DNA of 64,000 bases from Setoptus koraiensis (Eukaryota; Animalia; Arthropoda): positions 19,654,001-19,718,000 of the forward strand of contig CM106586.1 of NCBI GenBank assembly GCA_048013815.1, given 5' to 3'. This document shows, piece by piece, positions 24,601 to 35,004 of the stretch. Each line of letters starts with the position of its first letter. Positions within the stretch are counted from its first letter, which is position 1. The position numbers and the translations under genes are program-made. The notes below the pieces were generated by a model that was not told the DNA's origin, did not search any database, and worked only from the letters and a program-made list of their open reading frames with translations.

Positions 24601-27362
24601 CCGGCGATGATCGTCCACTCGGCCAAGTGCACAGCATCCAGCATGCAGTGCAAACCGTATGCAATTCGGGCACGAAATAACGGTCACCGAATAACGATTC
24701 TGGCGAGACGCTCGCTCGACGAGTCATGCTCCGGCCATTCAAATGCGCATAAAACACAAGCGGTCGGCCGGCCCGACCGGCCGCACGTCAGCCTGGCGGC
24801 CATACGGCACCGGCCGGCTGATTGGCTCGCTCGGGCGCTCATGAGCCGGTGCGCCGATGAGCCGATAATGAGACGGGCTCAGGCGAACAACACCAAGTGT
24901 TGATTGAATTATCGTGCCGCGGTCATCACTTGCGTCATTGGTCGCCACGGCCGGCTTATTAATAAATGAAGCGGCCATTTATTGTGTGATGTGCCAAGGT
25001 GGACACAGTGGCACAGTTTCGCCTACCGGCAGCGCGCCGACACTGCGCGTTTTGATCGGGCGTTTGGCGCGGCTCGCCGAGGCACGGCCAAGCGAGCGCC
25101 GCTGCAAACGACCGAATGGCTGAATAAGGCCAAATAAATCTCAGCTAGCCACCATTTAGCCGGACAATCAATCATCGTTTAAGTGACGCTCACATTTGCA
25201 CATTTGCGCCAGTGCACAATTGCACACTGGCGCCCTTGCGCCGATCTCGATGCCGGCCACTTGGGCCGAGCGTCTCGGCCGACCGGCTCGCCGGCCTTTG
25301 CGCTTTGGCCGGCCCGAGCGGTCGGCGGCCGGCGGCCGCTGACTGGCGACCCAACCGGCGCCGCGCTGCCGGCAACCGGGCAACGGACCGGACAAGTGTC
25401 GGCCGGCCGCAGGTTCACACTGTGTCCGCGGGCGCACATTTCAGGCAGCCTCTTTTCTAGGCCGGACGACGAGCGTGGTTGCTTATCATCGCATCATTTT
25501 ATTTATCATTGAGTCGTCGTCGTCGTCGTCGTCGTCGTCGAGTGCATCGCATCACTTTATCATGGTATCATTGCGTCGTTGCGTCGTTGCGTCGTTGCGT
25601 CATTGTATCATTGGGTTGTTGCGTAACATTGCGTCACACTGCGTTTCCTCGGGCTTGCGTGTGCTGGCGCGCTGTGTCATAATGGCAGCGGCACAAACAA
25701 CAAGTGGCCAAAACAAGTCGCTGCAACAACTTGCAACAACGCTCACCGCAACGACAACAACGCCGACCGGCACACACAACAGGCGCTTGTTTTGCATAAG
25801 AACAACAGCAGCCGCTTGTGAATTTAAATGTAAATTTGAATGTCGCATCCCTCGAATTAAATCTCTCTCTCCTCTGGGCTGAATTATCTCCGCCGAACAG
25901 TGTGTGTGAATGCGCCGGCTATTAGATTGCCGGCGCAAATAACTGTATGTGTGTATCACATGACAGTGGGCAGTTTGTGTGTGTCCGAGGGAGCGACTGT
26001 TTGTGTCCCACGATCAGATTAGATCAGAATTGTCGCACACTTGGCACCGCGGACGGCGGACACCGGACACTGCGCAACAACGGACAAGATCGTCTTCTTA
26101 TCCGACCGAGCGCTGTCTGCGCGCCGCTTCTGGTCACTTGTGTCACTGCTAAAATTGGTCAAATGGCTCGAATTTGGCCAATTCGAGCGACTTGCGGCCA
26201 ATTCGAGCGACTTGCGACCAATTCGTCGCCGGCCGGCGCAAACTTTGCACTGCAAAGGCCGCCGTGGCGCACGGTACAAATTGGTGGCCGCTCTAATGTC
26301 ATCGCTGGCCACCTCTAAAGTTTGCAGTCTAAACCTGTACCCATTGTTTGCTGGCGGTGGTTTGTTGCGCAACCACCGTGTGCGTCCATTGCCATTGATT
26401 GCGGGTCTTATGCGTATCGCGCGCGCGCGCGCCACTGGTAGCCCGACACTGTTGCTGTCGCCATAACGACGGGCGCTTCCGCTCTGTTGCGCCAGTTGCC
26501 ATGACGACTGCCTCTGTCATTATTATGTAACAGCCGAAATGGCTCTCTCAATAGCCGGCCTGCAACGTGTGTGACACTGAGTGTGCCAAAATGGTGGTAG
26601 TGCCAGGGTGACAGATAAATGAGATATGGAGTTGCCAAAAATGAATCGCAGGCAACTTATAACTGCTTGTACTTATGTAATCTCTGGGCTCACCCAGTCA
26701 GTTACTGACTCAGTCACTCAGGCACCGCGGCCGCTGCGAAGTGTGATTGTCCGTCTGAGCGTATTGTATCATCCTGTTGTTGTTCACATTACATCGCCGC
26801 ATCAACATCAACAGCAGCAGCACCATTGCCGCCAGCAGCAACAACAAGTGCCAGTCCATTTGATGCAGGCCAATTGTGGCCTAATGATGATGGATAAGTG
26901 GCGCTGGTGGTCAAGGTGAATTGGACGACACACACACCTACGGGCGCTATTGAAAGGCATCCATTGATAATAGCAACAACAACGACAACAACAACAGGCT
27001 GCGATGGAGTTGATCGCAGCTTGCCATCGCATAGAAATCGCCATGGTGTCTGATGCTGCACAAAGGCAGCAACGTCGCCTCGTTGCCAAACAACAACAAT
27101 AACAACAACAACAATAATGTCCTCATCAGTGTCACTGCAACTACAGCTACATTTATAAAACTACTACTACTACCACATCGGCTACTACTAACAAGCCGCC
27201 ACTATTTGGCGGCCAAGGCGACACCGTCCGCACCGTCGGCACCTCACCTGGCTGCGCTGGCCAGGGCGTGTTTGGCTTGTTGCGTCACCTTGATCTCAAT
27301 AGTGGATGCGGCTAAAAAGCAAAATTGAAAAATTTAGTGCCACTCGATTTAGTGGTCAGGCC

Positions 27363-27364
<2 letters not shown>

Positions 27365-27402
<38 letters not shown>
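27365..27402. repeat. (GT)n microsatellite, with an (AC)n tract at ~27735-27761
   Basis: Read directly. Confidence 0.95.
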
Positions 27403-27404
<2 letters not shown>

Positions 27405-27730
27405 TTGGGTGATACTGAGGGTGCCTGTAGCTGTTGCTGCCTGTAGTTGTTGCTGGACACGGCAAAACAACTGCAGGCCGACGACAACAACAACAAGATT
27501 ACAGGCTGCAAGCGCGCACCGTGGACGCCGCCGAGGCAGTGGAGAAAAAAAAGATCAATTGGTCATCAATGGCAGTTGTTGGCTGTGTGAGAAAAGTGAC
27601 CTCCTGTCCTGTCCAAAAACGTTGCCTGTCCACTGCACCCTCTGTGGCGTATCAGCCAGCCAAGACCAGGTCGACAACTATCAACAAGACATTGTTAGCA
27701 CTATGTGACCACTGGTCACTCCGGGTGCTG

Positions 27731-27769
<39 letters not shown>

Positions 27770-28957
27770 CTGACCACTGCTTTATGTATCTTGTGAGCAT
27801 GTTGCGTAATAATTGGCAGACATGGGCGCAACAATAATTGATGGTGGCTGCCTCGTCTTTGTTCTTACCTGCCGTTCCTCTGGCGCACTATTCTGGCGCA
27901 CTATTCTGGCGCACTATTCTGGCGTGTTCTTCTGGCGTGTTCTTCTGGGGCACGCTGTGAGCTGGTGTGTTCTGGCGAGGGCACTGGGACACCGAAGCCC
28001 GACGATGGTCTGTTGAGCGGACGACGACGCGCTGAATGTCGATGCTTGCTGATTGGTGCCGCTAGTGATTGATTGATTGCACACAATGACGCTGGACTGT
28101 TGATTGCATTTATAATCGATGGCTAGCTGCCAGATCGGCGATGGCTGCGAACGGATAACGGTGTTAGTTTGGCGCACAACGCAACTCGTGCTTCTTGCTG
28201 TGATCTTGCTGTATTTGTTGTAAGTTGTATTTCGTTGTTGTGATTGGTATTTTGCTGTGATTTAGATCTTGTTGTGTGACTCGTATTTCGTCGTGATTTG
28301 TAGTTTGTTGCGACCGATCTAGTTTTGCTCGCTGGCAATCAATTTTCGCCCGCAATCGCTCGCTTGATATTGAGCTGGTCGATTTTAAATCGGCCTGATG
28401 ATATTAATATGATGATTAGATGATGATCATTGATTGGCAATTAGTGATTCGCATGTGGCCTTGTGTTGGCTGTGTTTTCTTGGTGGTCGTTTTAGTGGTT
28501 GCCGTTGTTGTCACTGGCTGCACTTGGGTGTGATGTTGACTGGACGAGAGCCAAAGTCCGAATGACCCAACCACAACAACAATGGCCGATGCTATAGTTA
28601 CCGCAGGGCGGGGCTTCTCGTGAGCGCCGCCAGACGGCAACACCGTCCGCTGGCACTAGGCTGGCCGAAATCGCGCTCGAGGGGGCGTAAGGGGGGCATT
28701 GCGCCAATGCCGTTGCCATTGTGTGCATTGGCCAATGCAACGGCAACTCATTATAAGAGTCTCAGTAGACAGAGCGACGTGAGGCGACACCTACAGTGCC
28801 GAAACAGAGACACAGTTAGTGATGACGGTGCATAGTGGTGTCAACATGGCCAATATAGGACGCCTCTGCTGTGCACACTGGTGCGCGTGTGGGTGCTCAA
28901 GCGCCTCTCCCACACAACCTGACGACGTGGCCCTAATTTGATTGGCCTCTCGCAACC

Positions 28958-29016
28958 ATCGAACTTTTAACCGGATCGAACTTTTAACCGGATCGAACTT
29001 TCAACCGGATCGAACC
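28958..29016. repeat. 17-bp tandem repeat (ATCGAACTTTTAACCGG)x3 at the compositional boundary
   Basis: Read directly; followed by a T-rich degenerate (TTTTATCC) repeat at ~29095-29175. Confidence 0.85.
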
Positions 29017-29270
29017 ATCGCCAGCATTGAACTCACCAGGCCAAAGAGCGCCCATTTGCGTTTCGCACTATGCACTCCGCGCCTCATAATTAGCATTTTA
29101 TCCTTTTACACGTTTTATCCTTTTATACGTTCGATCCTTTTATACTTTTTATCCTTTTATGCGTTTTATGCATTATATTTTGTATTTTTTATTCGACGCT
29201 CATTTATACCACATTCACAGGCACCACACAGGCTACACATTTCAGGCTATACAATTTACAGTTTGCGCTC

Positions 29271-29648
29271 TTGGAACGCCAACACATAACTGGAGATCTC
29301 ACCCATTCCATAAGGCAAAATTATCTCGCGCCAACGATGGACGGCCAAGGAAGCCAAGAAAGACGAAAGAGGCCTCGCTTCAAGATAACACCAAAGAGAC
29401 TGTTCCACACACCGGCAGTGCGACCCACAATGGACCAAGTAAGACGAAGAGTCGCCGAGTGGCTCGAGAATCATGTCCAAGATATCCATAGAAACACAAG
29501 CGGAATAGATCGGCTGTATATGTCACAAGCCATCATAGACCCGCCAATTGTAACAATATCAACGGAGCGACATACTGCGGAGCAGGAAAAATATGACAAA
29601 TCTACGCAAACCAGCCATCACGACCAACAGTTTGAGCCATGGCCTTAG
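29271..29648 (+). CDS. Hypothetical orphan ORF (125 aa; ATG start at 29337 would give ~103 aa)
   Basis: Ordinary, non-repetitive composition in the gene-dense domain; no recognisable motif; directly followed by a duplicated PREP 3' end carrying AATAAA. Confidence 0.3.
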   Translation: MERQHITGDLTHSIRQNYLAPTMDGQGSQERRKRPRFKITPKRLFHTPAVRPTMDQVRRRVAEWLENHVQDIHRNTSGIDRLYMSQAIIDPPIVTISTERHTAEQEKYDKSTQTSHHDQQFEPWP

Positions 29649-29663
29649 CGCAATTGCAGCAAA

Positions 29664-29980
29664 TCTCGGTGAAAAAGTCCTTCAGAATACCCCTCTTCTA
29701 ATAAGGGTCGGTACCAACGCAAGTCACGGAGCAGTCAAACCTGTTACTAAGACTATTGATGAGTCTACAGATATTTATTACTTTTCGAAAAGTTCACTCG
29801 AGTTACACTTCGAACCATAATCGATTCCAATGAGAAGAAAATGTCATCCTGATCTACTGATACCCAATTGAATAAAAATCAAATAGAATCCTACAATTAT
29901 TTTACAACATAGATCTCGAATAAGCATTGTTGTCATCATTTAGTGTTGTTTCCGCCCTCTGCTCCACGCAGCAAAAACTT
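29664..29980 (+). pseudogene. Duplicated fragment of the prolyl endopeptidase C-terminus, stop and 3' UTR (inverted relative to 31763-32080)
   Basis: Translates LGEKVLQNTPLLIRVGTNASHGAVKPVTKTIDESTDIYYFSKSSLELHFEP* versus PREP LGDKVDQDTPLLIRVDTDAGHGAGKPITKTIDEYTDIYCFLINSLKLRFEP*; the UTR part differs at only a few positions. Confidence 0.92.
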
Positions 29981-30962
29981 GGCTCTATATAATGACAATT
30001 AGATAATGAGATTCACGGCATTTTGAACCTCAGGCAATTCCAGGAAGAGCAAAATATCTCTTTAATCTACAGATGACCGTGTGTAGAATCGAGAGCAATC
30101 CTTCAATTATTTCACAACACTTATCTTAAACAAACATTTGGTCTTGGAAACTTTACAATGGGAGGAGATGCGGTGAACCAAAACAGTTTCCAGTGCAAAA
30201 CATCAAGATATCACTAGGAAAATAGTCTTGGTTACGTACGACTTATGTAGCGTATGATGCACTGTTGACGCGAACATTTGGCCTCGTTTCAATCACAACA
30301 TGAATGAGAGAATTAAAGAAGCCTCGTCATCATCGTAAACATGTGTACAACAGCGATAATCTTATAAATGGTGATTCACATACGATTCCACAAACAAAAT
30401 CATGCATAAACAAATGTTTACCGTATCTCAAGGACGCAAACACAAATCACCTCCATCTGCCTAGATCCTTGTCTATTCTTCGAAGAACTTAGCAAGGTCA
30501 AACTTGAAAGATGCAAAAATGGTGGCATGTAATATGTCGCCATGTGACGATACGTCTTGTCACTTACAGTTGACGGTGTTGACTAGACTAGGCAGAACGT
30601 TCTTGGCAGTGAACTTGAAACTGAGCCAAACAATGGGAGGAGCGCTGATGCAGCAGACAAGGGTCTAACTTTCGTTTATGGCACTTAGGAACGCACTTAG
30701 GATTTCGATTGTAGCCTGGAATTGGATGGAAAATTCTTCAGTCACAACAGTACATTCAGTTAGCAGCCTCTCTCACAGTTGTAAGTGTCGACTTGAGTGT
30801 GGTCATTAATTATAAACTATAAATTTACAATCGTCTATTCAAAAAAGAGTTACTTCAATATTGCAACACAACATATCAACAACTCACCAATCAAGAATTA
30901 TAGATCTTCAATTTAACGCAAGTTTTATCGACAATCTTTCAATCAAAACAGAGAAAGACAAA

Positions 30963-31698
30963 ATGTCGACCGAGTCGCCCATTGTGGCTACTAATTCACC
31001 CAGAATCTTCGGTAATGACAAACTTTCGTCGAGAATCTCACAGTTTCAAACCGCTGCCGACAAATCAAATTGGGAACAAAAACAGAATCCATTCTCTGGC
31101 TCTTTTGAGGCTTCCTCACTGAGGGGCAAAATCAACATCAACGACCCAAAGTAAGTATAAATCGACCAAAAACTAATACTATGCGATAGAGGTGGCATGA
31201 TGTGGTCGATCTAACCAAACACTTGGCCAATGTCATCTTGATTTACTCAGCTATGGAAGGCCAATACCAGGTTCCAAAACAGAGGCTCGTGGAATCAAAG
31301 CCCATGAGAGTATTGAGGATGAGATCAGAGTTCTTTGTTCTGTCATCGAAGACCACGGACGACCAGTTTCACCCGGTGTAGAGGGCATCGCCGAGATCAC
31401 ATTCGGAGAGCTATTTCGTGTAAGTTATTGTGCCCATAATCAGTTCAGTACAAACTCTTTGTTGATCACTAATCAATTAAACCTTACTTATCTCCCTTCT
31501 ATACAGCTCTACCAAGTCATCTCTAATAAAGTGGTGGGAGTGCTGATTCGAGCCAGGAAACATGGTTATCTGAACTTTGAAGGGGAGATGCTGTATCAAA
31601 GAAGAGACGACGACAAGATCATAACATTAATCAAATCACCTCAGCGAGGCTACCAGGTGACCAAAAACAACATCATAAAGATACCGAACAAGTCATGA
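30963..31698 (+). CDS. ABRA: Costars-domain protein, actin-binding Rho-activating (ABRA/STARS)-like, 182 aa, 3 exons
   Basis: Exons 30963-31150, 31251-31419, 31507-31698 with GTAAGT...CAG introns that join in frame; motif ITFGELF..Y..ISNKVVGVLIRARKHG...FEGEMLYQRRDD is the Costars signature. Confidence 0.88.
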
Positions 31699-31923
31699 GG
31701 TTAACGGTAAATCCCGGGATCATTTCACATGGGCAACTATCAATATATCAAGGTAGTTTCTAAAGTTTTTGTTGCGTGGAGCAGAGGGCGGAAACAACAC
31801 TAAATGATGACAACAATGCTTGTTCGAGATCAATGTTGTAAAATAATTGTAGGATTCTATTTGATTTTTATTCAATATGGGTATCAGTAGATCAGGATGA
31901 CATTTTCTTCTCATTGGAATCGA

Positions 31924-34270
31924 TTATGGTTCGAAACGTAACTTGAGTGAATTTATCAAAAAGCAATAAATATCTGTATACTCATCAATAGTTTTAGTAA
32001 TAGGTTTACCTGCTCCGTGACCTGCGTCTGTATCGACCCTTATTAGAAGAGGGGTATCCTGATCGACTTTATCACCTAGATAATACTGCATTTGAGCCGC
32101 AAATTTCAAACTGTGAGCAGGTACTACCCTATCGTCGTGATCAGCAGTCAGCAATAACGTGGCCGGATACTTGTCGGTATCTGGTATGTTATGATACGGC
32201 GAATATTTAATAAGGTTTTCGAAGTGTTCCTTTTCATCCGGTGAACCATAGTCCGATGTCCATGCGTGACCTATGGTAAATGTATGGAATCTTAGCATGT
32301 CCATCACACCAACATGAGCTATAGTGGCGCCAAACAAATCTGGCCTCTGATTAGAAACGGTGGCCACTAGGAGGCCGCCATTTGAACCTCCCTCAATTGC
32401 CAACTTCTCACTGGATGTATATTTATTTTTGACGAGATATTCAGCTGCGTAAATGAAATCGTCGAAACAATTTTGTTTGTTCAGCAATCTACCAGAATCA
32501 TGCCAATCTTGTCCTAGCTCGCCACCACCTCTGATGTTGGCAACGGCAAAAACGCCATTAACATTTTTTAGCCAAATTAAACGGTTGATATTGAAAGTTG
32601 AGGTGACCTGATGGTTGAATCCACCGTATCCATACAGTAGGCAAGGACTTTCACCGTTCAAGTTTATGTTTTTTCTGTGCACAAGGAACATCGGCACTTT
32701 AGTACCGTCCTTGCTATCATAGAATACCTGATTGATGACAAACTCATCGGGATCGAAATTCCTCGGTTTAGATTGGCGCAAAATCTGTGGCTCATTCTCT
32801 AAATTATTCAAGTTAAAATGATAAGTCATTCCAGGGGTTAAGAAAGATGTAAATTGAAAAAAGATTTCGGTGTCTTCGCGCCGTCCGCTAGATTTGGATA
32901 TTGTGCCCATTGAAGTGGAGAATTTTTTGATTAAGTTACCCTCTAGCTCGTGCAACTCTAAATAGTGAACAACCTTTCTAAGATAATTTACCAAAATATA
33001 GTCCTTATAGTTGCACGTGAATACCTCTGCCCAAGTAAGAACATCTTCATCGTGTGATGGTATAACATCGGTCCAGTCTTTTGGGTCCGGTTTGTTCAAG
33101 TCTATCTTGACAATGCGATAATTTTTGGCATCTAGATTTGTTCTAGCGTAGAAGATATTTCCATTGTTGGTAACGTACTCGAACTTTGCACCGAACTTGT
33201 CGTAGATCGGTTTAAGAATTAGTCTTTTGGCATGTTGGAGATCAGGGTCGTGCAAATCGCAAACGAACCACTGATTGTCGTGACAACCCTCGCCGGGAAA
33301 CACATTCAGATATCGACCGTCATCAGAGACGCAAGCATCAACAAGCCATTTGGGATTTTGCGGAAAATCCACAGCTAGCCTGTCGTAGATTTGGTCTGAA
33401 TACAATCTATGATAATACAACGAATGGTTTTCATTTGATTCGACTTCAGAGACTTTGCCCTCATGCTCTGGGTATTTAGCGTAGAAGAATCCAGAATTAT
33501 CATGCAACCAGGATATCGATGTAAATTTACAACGCTCCAGCTTGTCCGGTAGATCCAGGTTTGTCTCAAGATCTTTTATGAAGATCTCAATCCAATCTGA
33601 ACCACTGTAACTCAAGCCATAAGCGAAAAACTTTCCATCGTTAGAGAATGCGGTCAAACTTAATGCAACGGTTCCATCATCACTCAGTGTGTTGGGATCA
33701 AAAAAAATCCTGGGCTCTGAATCTAATGTGTCCTGTTCATAGAGAACGGATTGGTTTTGTAATCCGGAATTTCTATAAAAGTAATATTTACCTCCACGCT
33801 TGAATGGGCAGCCAAATTTTTCGTAGTTCGTATTGTCAGTGAGTTTCTTCTTGATGGCCGCACGATGGGGGCACGAGCTGACGTAAGGCATTGTTATACA
33901 ATTTTGTACGTGAATGAAATCTTTTGTCCTTACTGAGTTGGGATCTTCGAGCCATCTGTATGGATCTGTCACCTAGTTATAGAGTAGGTTATAAAATTGT
34001 ATTAGACTCTGAGTCATTTGTACATATGTTTATCTGATGGTGATGGAGACGAAGAGATTAGCTTACCAGATGACCGTGTAGATCATCAACAAGAAGGTCA
34101 TCACGATAAGCTTCAGGATACTGGAATCTACTAAGACTGGTAGTTGGCATAACTGATGCAGACAGTGTCGGGTCGATCCTGGGGCGTTTGGCTCTTGAGA
34201 AAGTTTGTCTAGTATGACTAAAAATACTAGTAACTATCCTACGGATAGTTGGGCACGAATTTCGAGACAT
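31924..34270 (-). CDS. PREP: Prolyl endopeptidase (S9A), 750 aa, 2 exons
   Basis: Exon 1 34270-34067, intron GTAAGC...TAG (34066-33973), exon 2 33972-31924; YPEAYRD...HGH/VTDPYRWLED start, catalytic GGSNGG, DHDDRV and AGHGAGK motifs. Confidence 0.95.
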
Positions 34271-34618
34271 TTGTTGAGTGATGCATTATGATTGGTATCT
34301 ACTCCTATTTATACTGATAGCTAGGAGCTTGACCGGCTGCGAAATTTTCCATAGCGCATGCTATTTGATAGAGTAGAGCAGTCCGTATGAGTGCGTTTTC
34401 GTACCTACATTTTCCTTACGCACGAGGCGCCTTGAGCCGAACAGCGCGCAACTGCACCTGCTCTGGAGCACGCTAGAGCAAGCAATTAAAAAGTGAAACA
34501 TTTTACGGAACAGTCTGCTTTCAGCTTCACATTTTTTCGCCAACGCCAGCACCTCTGGCGGATTTTTCTTGAACCCAGTGTGAGTGCATTGGAAAAAGGA
34601 CACAGTAATATGAACAAC

Positions 34619-35004
34619 ATGCACACAAATCTAACAGCACATGAGCATTTTAGCCGACAACGTTACGAAAAAGATGGAATAACCGCCTGCCCATGCACGC
34701 CTGTGACTAGTCGATGTAAAAACTCGCATCACCACTCTATTTAACCTAATGGGCTTGTTGTTAAACTTTAACGGACACCGGCCCTCAGAAAGACACGACC
34801 AACTTGGATGAAATCTATTCGAATTCAAGATAGAAATATTTTTCAATTCACACCATCAGCTGCCCACAACAGACAATGCTCACAAGATTGAGGCGAGTGA
34901 AACAATGGCAAACATTCACACGAACATGGTGGCTGTATGACGCGAAATGGCAGGATCCCTTTGACAGTGGCCTACTTATATCCAGGTATCTAAGTGGAAA
35001 GCAG
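34619..35004. repeat. Left arm of inverted duplication (partner 38775-39140): MRPL13 upstream region plus first 43 codons
   Basis: 34737-34985 matches the reverse complement of ~38794-39042 with one mismatch; flanks are homologous but diverged. Confidence 0.95.

Larger units (their letters stand above)
1..28900. other. GC-rich, low-complexity, apparently non-coding domain (large intergenic/intronic regulatory region)
   Basis: Dense (CAA)n/(TTG)n/(CAG)n/(GT)n tracts, many short tandem and inverted duplications; long ORFs translate to homopolymer runs and none shows a family motif I recognise. Small exons cannot be excluded. Confidence 0.7.

Noticed and set aside
27325-27708. PHD/zinc-finger-like ORF (CWLC...HCTLC)
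   Set aside because: Cys/His spacing does not fit a PHD, and the ORF begins in a (GT)n tract.
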